Assembly: GCF_000181795.1 (NCBI RefSeq)
Contig: NW_003526948.1
Coordinates: forward strand, 487,554 to 507,553
Direction: 5' to 3'
Length of the DNA stretch: 20,000 nt
DNA from: Trichinella spiralis
Lineage: Eukaryota
Shown here: positions 1-8,610 of the stretch, piece by piece
Layout of the letters: every line of letters begins with the position of its first letter
Numbering within the stretch: the first letter of the stretch is position 1
Position numbers and translations under genes: made by a program
The notes under the pieces: generated by a model
Told to the model about the DNA's origin: nothing
Seen by the model: the letters and a program-made list of their open reading frames with translations, nothing else
The model's database searches: none

Positions 1-735
1 AATAATGTAAATATTGCCTAAAATTTGAAATTTTAATAAAAACAATGCTATATGAAGACCAAAAGACTGTAAAACAATGAATTGGTGTTGATCACTTTCA
101 TTTGCAATGATCAGAAAGCGGCTAAAATTTTCTAGTTCATAAAATACTTTTAATCTGAATATCGTAATGTTCAGAAATGAACTATGATCAAATAACTTCT
201 GAATAAGCAAGGAAAACAATTTGCATGATATAGTTTCTCTTTTTTGCCTTACATTTAGAAGTAACGACAATACATATTCTGCCAAAAATATGAAAATTTG
301 CAATGTGCAGTCAATTAATTAAATAAATTTCAAATAATATTATAGCATTTGTTTATAATTTTGATTATTTTTTACAATTTTTTAATTTTTTATTAGCGTT
401 ACTGTAACTTTTTAAACCTTTATTTACTTTTAAAAGCTACAGTAAACTTATAATAAATATTTAATAAAGAAAAATAGTTGTAGAATAATGTCGTTTTTTA
501 ATTTATGTTTTAGAAGAAACATTTACAGCACTGTATTTTCATTTTCTAACATGAGATTACATATTTCTTAATCACTGTTCATGTTTTGGCAAATATTTAT
601 AAATTTCGAATTGCATATGTATATTACGTGAAAATTTAGTTGCAGTTTTGGTTTATTTGTTTAATTTAATTTAATAATTTAGTTGATTTTTATTGTAACA
701 TATTATTTTTTAAGTAATTAAACAGATTGTTCATC

Positions 736-2707
736 ATGCTGCTAAGAGTGTTATTTCTGCGAGATTGCCGACGTTTTTCATACTATAACAATTTCGGCGC
801 TTGTTTCATAAGAAGTAAGTAAATTCCTGCTATTAAATAAAAGTTTTATTAATTTTTATATACTTCTCAATGATATTGATTCTTTAGCATGCAAATGTCA
901 ACCAGCAGTTTGTTTCAACAGAAATTTGAGCGCATCATCTGTTCAATTAATTACTCCTTCGGTTTCTTCAGTTAAGAGTTTGTTCTTTTTTTCCTAACCC
1001 TGCTTCTTTAAAAATTCCTTTTAGCCTTCTGCTCTGGCCGATATTGGTCCTATTCCAGATCCACCTACTCCACCGTCTGCAGAACAGCTGGCTGAAATGA
1101 AAGTTATCCTGGGTAGCAAACTTGAATTTCTTGGTCTAGGAAGTTATTCACCATCGGGACTTGTACAACTTATGCTGAACTCGATTCATGATAATTTTGG
1201 CGTCCCTTGGTGGGCTTCTATTTTCTTATGTATATTAATTAAATTTTCTTATGAAATTATATGGCAAAAATTGTTTGGTCGAATATTTTAGGCACTACTG
1301 GTGTTCGTCTGTTAACATTTCCAGTCATGATTTATTCACAACGAAATTCTGCTTTGATGTCAAATTTCACAGAAGGATTGGGCAAACTAAATAAAAATTT
1401 AATTGAAGCACGGATACGCCGTGATAGATTTTCAGAGGAATTGGCAATGCTAGAATTGCAAGATTATATGAAAGAGCATAAAGCTGCTCAATTGTATGGA
1501 AGAATGTTTGCAATTTCGATGATACAAGTAATTGTTGCTATTTTATGAATTTTTTTACTTTTTCATAATTGTCATTTGACTTTTAAAAGTTTTTCCTTTT
1601 TGTCGGGTTTTCATTTTCTGAATATTTAAGTCTTAGTTATAATTTGACAACATACATAAATAATTATGATTTGTTGGCTTTTTATTAATATAAAAATTTA
1701 AAAAAGTACTGTTTTGGTATTTATTTTGATGATATAGCCAGTTCATAATATTGATGAAAATAATTTGATTTTTTTTGAAAAATATTTAAATAAAAGTTAA
1801 TGACTTTTTCAGGGCAGTATATTTCTTACTTATTTTCTTGCCTTGAGAGGTATGTCTTACGCGCCGGTAATGTCCATGACTCAAAGCGGCTTCTTATGGA
1901 TCACAGATATGACTCTACCAGATCCAGCTTGGATTTTACCATTGTATTCATCATTGTCTGTTTTGATAATTCTTGAAGTGAGTATTTTTTCAATACTTTT
2001 TATAATGAAATAAAATGTTAAATATTTAATATTTATCTGGGATTGTTTTATTCTCTTTTTTGTTTGTAGTTAGGATTAGAAACTGGCGTTTCAACAGATT
2101 CAATGTCGAAATTCAAATGGGTAATGCGAGTAATGCCCATCGGCATGTTCTTTTTCATCAAAGATTATCCATCAGTAGGAGGTATTTTTTAAAAATGTAT
2201 CCCAAATAACAAAGCTGCTTTCACAGGCAATGTTGTTGCATTGGTGCGTAAGCAATACGTTTTCTTTGATTACGGCATTCTTGTTTCAAATTCCACGCAT
2301 AAGAGACTTTTTGAAAATTCCACCATTGAAGCGATCAATTTTCAGCCGTTTTCGAGCTAAAGATCTTGATGCAACAGCCGCATCAGTGGAAGTAAGTAAA
2401 AAAAAGTCGTTGAAAGCACGTTGGCTGGAATTTTATGAAAGTGAGCATATTTGATTTGTTTTGTTTTGTTTGTTTTTTGTGTTGTTTATTTTAATTTTCC
2501 ATAATTGAAGGTAATTTTGTAACGCTTTCTGAAAGCAAAATTCGAGATCAAGATAGTCGAAACTTTATGCGCGCCGGCAAGGATGCGGCACCGCCTACTT
2601 TTACGTACAATCCAAGAGATCGATTTCCTGAAGAATTTCAAAAAGAGAAACGTAAATTGCGTGATTTGATCGGTTTCAAAGAGCGAAAACCAAAAAAAAT
2701 GGATTGA
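736..2707 (+). CDS. OXA1L: Mitochondrial inner membrane insertase OXA1/YidC family (OXA1L-like), 8 exons, ~427 aa
   Basis: Exons 736-814, 888-970, 1025-1229, 1292-1527, 1813-1977, 2070-2174, 2227-2440, 2511-2707 join in frame through GT-AG introns (1284 nt). Arg-rich presequence-like N-terminus MLLRVLFLRDCRRFSY; motifs IPDPP, LGLGSYSPSGLVQ, VPWWASIF..T..VRLLTFP, GFLWITDMTLPDPAWILP, YPSAMLLHWCVSN..SL, C-terminal RAGK..PPTFTYNP; stop TGA 2705-2707. Exons 1-2 are the least certain. Confidence 0.92.
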
Positions 2708-2737
2708 AAAAATGGATCGAGCATTTCATTAAGCAAT

Positions 2738-2759
2738 AATAAATAAGTTTATGAATAAA
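2738..2759 (+). terminator. Candidate polyadenylation signals of OXA1L (AATAAA x2)
   Basis: AATAAA at 2738-2743 and 2754-2759, about 30-50 nt after the stop codon. The hexamer is common in AT-rich DNA. Confidence 0.45.
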
Positions 2760-2938
2760 TGGTCATTGTAATATACTTGTCGTTATCGTTCACTTGCGTA
2801 ATGACGCAACGTGCATAAGGGATGCCAGAGGGGGAATGTCCACGATTATATATTTGCATTTCACAAAATTTTCTTAACATTGCTTCAACAGCAACTATAC
2901 AAATTGCCGAAATCATTTGCACATTTAGCATCAAATCA

Positions 2939-3797
2939 ATGAACAAGTTGATTGTAAATTTCTTCTACACAGCTTGTTTTCTTTTTCTTTGTTTTTGCCA
3001 TTTAAGCACAGCTGAAGATGATGGTAAGTTGTAATTTCAATTTTTTTATTTAAACTTTATCGCTGATCATTTTTTGTATTTTTGCAACAGATGATGTGTG
3101 CACTTGGCCGCTTGACAGAGGAAGTTGTGAAAAGTATTCGATTCGTTGGTTTTACAACGAAACTACGGAAATGTGTGTGAAATTTTTGTACGGTGGCTGT
3201 CAAGGAAACGTGAACAATTTTATATCACGTATTGAATGTGAACGACGTTGCAGAAAATTCTCCTCCTACTCCCAGACTGGTATTATTGGAGGAAATGAGA
3301 AAATGAGGATGAAAAAAAAAGCTTTTTAAAAAAAATTTTTCTTTGTAAATTTCACTTGTTATTTTTCTTTCAAGGTGACAACTGTCTGCTTGATGTGAAT
3401 CCGGGTTTGTGCAAAAATGTGCAACTGCGATGGTATTTCAACAAAAAGAAGGGAACGTGTGAGAGTTTTATTTACGGTGGATGCGGTGGGAATGGAAACA
3501 ACTTCCATACTGAAGAAGAATGTCAGAATCAATGTTTGAATACAAGTGAGAAAGTGAACCCTTCTGGTGCAATGTTCAACTTGTGCTTTTCTGTGTTCAG
3601 ATTTGTGCCATGGAAAAGTGGACGGTTATTACATTTATGACGAGTCGAATCCATGCACGAGGCATTTTTACAGATGTTCCAATGCCAGATATGATGCATT
3701 TTACTGTCTGGAAAATTGGAGATTTGATATAGTTAACGGCGCGTGTGCTTTATCCCATTGTCTGAAAGTTTGCAACGCATTTGGACGTGGATGCTGA
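2939..3797 (+). CDS. Secreted protein: signal peptide + two Kunitz/BPTI domains + C-terminal CBM14 (peritrophin-A/ChtBD2-like) domain, 4 exons, ~213 aa
   Basis: Exons 2939-3023, 3091-3279, 3375-3545, 3601-3797 (642 nt, all introns phase 1). Signal MNKLIVNFFYTACFLFLCFCHLSTA. Kunitz 1 CTWPLDRGSCEKYSIRWFYN...CVKFLYGGCQGNVNNFISRIECERRC. Kunitz 2 CLLDVNPGLCKNVQLRWYFN...CESFIYGGCGGNGNNFHTEEECQNQC. Last exon CHGKVDGYY..NPCTRHFYRCSN...FYC..NWRFD..NGAC fits the CBM14 Cys/aromatic pattern. Confidence 0.88.
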
Positions 3798-4271
3798 AAA
3801 ATATTTTTTGTGGAGCATTAGATTTTTACGTCATGTGCTCGAATTAACATGGTGTTTTTTTGCTTTTTCTTATCTTCTTATGATAATGCTTGCATCAAAA
3901 CGAGAATATTTTTCTTCTGAATACAATTTATATGAAAATATTGAAATTTCTATTGTAGCTCAACATTCAATAGGATTAAAATCACATTGTCAGAGGAGAC
4001 AGATGAAAGAAAAAAGTCAACTGTAACTGATGGGCTTATAAAATGGACTGGTCGGTGTGGTAACTTTTTCAACGAGCATGCATCACAGTGGAAAAGTATC
4101 GGATCAGCTTAGTCTGAAAAAAATTTGTCAAACAAATTACCATTGAATGACGGTGAAAAATGCGACGTTTTGCAATAGAAAAATTTTGGCAGACAATGAA
4201 TTGATAAAGAAAAGTCTGCCAAAGAACGGCAATTGACAAAACCGCGCAGGTCTGTTATTAAGTGAATGTCG

Positions 4272-5357
4272 TTATTTTTGACGAGCCAACAAGTCTGGTA
4301 CGAAATTCGGGATGCATTCACTTTTTTCAACGAACCAGCTTTGTAAATCTTGCGCTTTGGGGCTAATATGGAAATTGCCATTGTTCTTCTCGTCGGTTAA
4401 ATGTTGGCAAAGGCGACAGAAGCCACTGTTCACTCCATCCGGGAAAGTTACAGTTTCGTAATGTTTTCTCCATTCGAAATACTGGATGTATTTTTCGTCG
4501 TCTGATGCAAGCTGGTGCAAGTAGTCGGCCAATTTTTGTGGACTATCAAAATCGTCCGCTGCGATGAACGCATCTCCAGGAACGTGCGCTTCATAAATGG
4601 ATCTGTTGAAGATGATTGGAATCGAGACCATATTGATGCGGTTGAAAATCTTTTCCGTTACCCAATCATTGCAGACGCTGTTTTCCATTGCCAGATAGAA
4701 CTTGTAATCTCGACGGAACAGTTGCTCACATGGATCTTCTTCAGTATAGATCAGTTCCGTTTTGGCGCATTTGTCCAAACCACATTTTCCGTATATGTCG
4801 AGGTCGATGTGCTTTTTCAGCTCATCCATGTAGAGGTAACGTTTGCTGGCCGCTTTGCAATTGCTGCCGAGCCAGCCGATCATCTTCGTCTTGTTCCTTG
4901 CCACTGCTAGCAATTGCTCACGATCAATTTCAATGGGGTTTTTTCTACGTTTGAAATATCCAAATGGCGAATAGATATCCGAGTCAGTTCTGTAAGTCAT
5001 TGTCAGCGTGTAGAAGTTCTTTTTGAGCTTGTCGAAAGCTTCCAACGATTTATAATAGGGCGTTTCCATCAGAAAGAAAACAAAATGCTGTTTATCCAAT
5101 CGTTGGGGGGGCAGATCGTTCACATCTACCGTGCGGTCGTAAAACACCACAGCCGCACTGTTGTTCAACATCCTGCGGTCGTAAGTCAGTTGGCACTTTT
5201 GTTCTGGACAGAATTTTAAAAAATCGTTTGTTATATTTGCATCTGAATAATGAGTCCACATGAGGATGTTAATCTTTTCTTCAGATACGCATTCTGCTAG
5301 ATTGAAAGTGAAAAGAACTAAGGCGATTTTGGAAAAACCAATTCCTACCAGCGTCAT
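4272..5357 (-). CDS. Glycosyltransferase family 10, alpha-1,3-fucosyltransferase-like, single coding exon, 361 aa
   Basis: Uninterrupted 361-aa ORF with GT10 motifs ILMWT, C....C.LT.DR, AVVF, METP, TMTYRTDSDIYSPFG, WLGSNC...SKR, DIYGKCG, YKFYLAMENSVCNDWVTEK, FIAADDFDSPQKLADYL, Y..YFEWR, FCRLC. Confidence 0.95.
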   Translation of the reverse strand: MTLVGIGFSKIALVLFTFNLAECVSEEKINILMWTHYSDANITNDFLKFCPEQKCQLTYDRRMLNNSAAVVFYDRTVDVNDLPPQRLDKQHFVFFLMETPYYKSLEAFDKLKKNFYTLTMTYRTDSDIYSPFGYFKRRKNPIEIDREQLLAVARNKTKMIGWLGSNCKAASKRYLYMDELKKHIDLDIYGKCGLDKCAKTELIYTEEDPCEQLFRRDYKFYLAMENSVCNDWVTEKIFNRINMVSIPIIFNRSIYEAHVPGDAFIAADDFDSPQKLADYLHQLASDDEKYIQYFEWRKHYETVTFPDGVNSGFCRLCQHLTDEKNNGNFHISPKAQDLQSWFVEKSECIPNFVPDLLARQK

Positions 5358-8300
5358 TGTCGGGCAGCTTTCTTAAACAACAGTAAGCGTTAAATTGTTA
5401 AAAGATGAAAAAGGAAAAGTTTGCTGATTACCGCTTTGCGTAAATGCTCACCGCTTGTTAAGCCAATTTTCTAGCCTCTCGACCAACAATCCGCCATATA
5501 TAAAGTAAAATGCATAAGGTTATCAGATGCTATCTGTATTAAAAATTGCTAATTTCACGTGCTTATTGATTTTGCTTAAGTACAAAAAAATGTCATTATC
5601 CATGCAGTTGCTTGCTTTCGCAAATGTCTTAGCAAAACGTAAAGGTTAACAACCAACTGTTTGTTTCACTTGCAGCAGCAGACGGTCGATTACCTTTGAA
5701 AGGTAAAGTTTTCTGCGTCCTTACCTTTTGACTTGCAAAGAGTGAAATATTGTAATAAGTATTTTCGAAGGCTGAGCTATTGCTTAATATGCATTGTTCT
5801 GAGGGCATGCAATTATTCGACACTTAAAATTATTCTTACTGAAACCTTAACGTTTCAAAATAGTGACCATTTTCGTGCTATTCAGCCGTGTGTAAATGTT
5901 TTTTAAATTCACGTTTGTCAAGCAGTTATTGCTCGTCTCAAATTTCATCGAAAATTACCAAGCAAGAATGCCACATTTTGATTTAGTCTAACTGGGGAAC
6001 AAATTTTTTCACTCCGTTTTCTTACTGGTCGTTGAAAGCATTCTCTTATTGGACGTCCGTGCCGTAGTCAGATTGGCTTCCCTTGGCTAATTGTTCATTG
6101 ATTCAAACTTTTCCATTGTGATTAGTTGCAATATTTCTCGTTTCATTGGTCCAAATATTTCTATTTTATGAATGTAATGAATGATAATTGTGTATAAGAG
6201 AATTATGAGACAATTCTGTCAGTATGTAATTTGAAAATGCAGAAACGCTGTTTTAACAACAAGCAACAGATCAGCTAAATCATAAGCGCTACTATTAACC
6301 TCGAATTTTCCTTTATCATTGCAATAGTTCACAATGAGACAAGTTTAAATGTTGCGAAAGGTTGCGTTTATTTATTACACACAAATGGTAAAAAGTAATG
6401 GCGAGTGAAGTCTCAGTTAACATTCGTCAACGTCTGATGTAAAAAATGTTTGTTCAAGCACACAAAAAAACGGAGCTATTACTGCGAAGAATTAGCATGC
6501 AACAGTTTGTTTCAACAGTTATAAATGAAAATGGATGCTTTTAATAAAACTCTATCAAAGCCCTTTGACGATGCCAACTGAAAGAAATGGAAGGCACCAA
6601 GTAGAAAACTGTTAAAGTTTCTTCATTTTACACGGTTCAGTTTCTTCATTTGACTTCAGGATTGGCGCTGTTTGTAATTAAATTAAAACTGTTGGCGCCA
6701 CATTGTTGATTTTTCAGATAAATTTTGAACTTTCCTGACATCATACCCGGAAGTGCTGCTAAAATTTATTTGCGTTTAGCAATTTACTGAAAATGCGTTA
6801 TTGCACCACAGCTGTACGGTACAAAAAACGCTAATGCGCAAGTTGTGATGTGCTAGCAATCACGCCTAGCTTTTCACTTCTGGGTGCATGATTTTATCAT
6901 AAAATTTGTTCATTTACTAGATTGTTGAACTGTTCTTAGGGTATGTGTAGTAAAATAGACCAGAAGAACAGAGCAGTAATAAATAAGAAATTATCAAAAG
7001 ATATCGTTACTTATATAATAATCTACTTTCAGCTGTTTTTGTACAACACTACTGTGCCATTCAAGAAGATAATGCCGTTTATTCAGTACATAAGTACACA
7101 GATATAATTATACACGAAAATCAACTAATAATAGAAGCAGTAGCTGATCATCAAAGTGCTGGAAGAATTCAATCACTAGATATATCACAGAAATTATTCC
7201 ATTTATATTTTTAAGCTATTTGCATCTTTGTAAAATTAAAGAATTTAATTTATAATAATCATCATATTTGTGTATTTTTATGGTTTTTATTTAATGAAAA
7301 AAATGTATTGAATTTTTTAAAACATAATAAAACAAATAAATGTAATTTTCTTCTGAACTTAATGCATGACATATTTCTGAAATTATTTTTCAGCAAACCT
7401 GACTATTAAATTTGTCTCACTGTAGATCTTCTGTGAAGAGACAACGTATCATTTCCGGCTCGTTTTGCTGTCTGTTTGGCTGTTTGTTCTTTGAAGAAAT
7501 TTGATAATATTTTCGGGTTCAAATTGATTCCACTGTTTTGTAGGACATTTGGAAATCGTTTGAGAAACGTTGAAAAGTAAATTACTATTTGTATTATTAC
7601 AGATTTAACAGTAGTATATAACATTATTGTAATCGAATAATTGTCATTTAAAGTTTAATAATCAAAAGCAGTTTGTTAATTTCTTTTGCGATTTACTTTT
7701 GGTTCAGTTTTATTTTATTTGGCACTTTTACTTTAGAATATTTAGAATGCTTACTTTTTTGTAAGAGGGTTTGACTATTTTAATGTCAATTTGTGAGCTT
7801 TTTATTGGTAAGACAGTAAGGTAATTTTACGTTAATTTTTAACGAAACATAGTGACGTTATTTATTTAACCAGAACACTTTCAGATTGTGAAACGTTTTG
7901 TTAGCGGCTTTTAAAATGCATAAATTAATTTAGAATTAGTATGCAGGGGTATATTACATTTAATGTAGTTTTTTGTGTTGTAAGTTTATCTTTGTGATTA
8001 ATATAAAAATTAATGGAAGATAAAAATATTTACAATGATAAAAATAGTAATGAATAGAAAATAGACTACGTTTGAATGATAGTTCCAGTATCCTAGAATT
8101 TAGTTGAAATTGAGTTATTTTTAAATGTTGTTTGGTGCTGAAAGGATACCGTTTTAGTTATTTAGTGTTTTTTTGTGAACTAACCTGGAGTGGGAACGTG
8201 ATTCATAAACGATTAGTTTCATAGAAAATTTTTCGTTGAAGAAAAAATTAATTTTATGAAATAGTTGTTGAAGGTGACATACGTATATGAAAGCGATAAA

Positions 8301-8610
8301 CCATAAATTTGCTTACAGAACCCCATATAACTGTTACGAACTGCTTAATTTTATTCACTCCTTACTTGTTTTAAAAATAAATATTTTTAATTACAAAACC
8401 TAAGAGTGATAAATCGATTTAATCCAGTTAGCTTTTTTGTCAGTTATACTGTATACAGTAATCTGTAGTTTTGGATTTTCAAGTTTGGTTGAAGTTTCGA
8501 GTTTGATTGCCTATGTAAAGAAATTACACATGGATGCTTACTGAATAATTTTTTGAACACATTTACTTTTAGCAATTTCAATTCGTATTCGTGGTTCATA
8601 AGTTGCAGCG

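Noticed and set aside
3781..4381. ORFs 3781..4026 (+) and 4109..4381 (-)
   Set aside because: They lie in the convergent 3' UTR region of the Kunitz and FUT genes and have no domain-like features.
4515..5219. Plus-strand ORFs 4515..4910, 4688..4954 and 4914..5219
   Set aside because: Antisense shadows of the fucosyltransferase CDS, with no recognisable motifs.
6987..7214. Met-less open frame of ~75 codons after an acceptor-like TTTCAG
   Set aside because: No start codon, partner exon or recognisable homology.
7300..8610. Heat-shock elements upstream of the DnaJ gene
   Set aside because: Only two-unit matches such as GAAgtTTC at 8491; no array of three nGAAn units.
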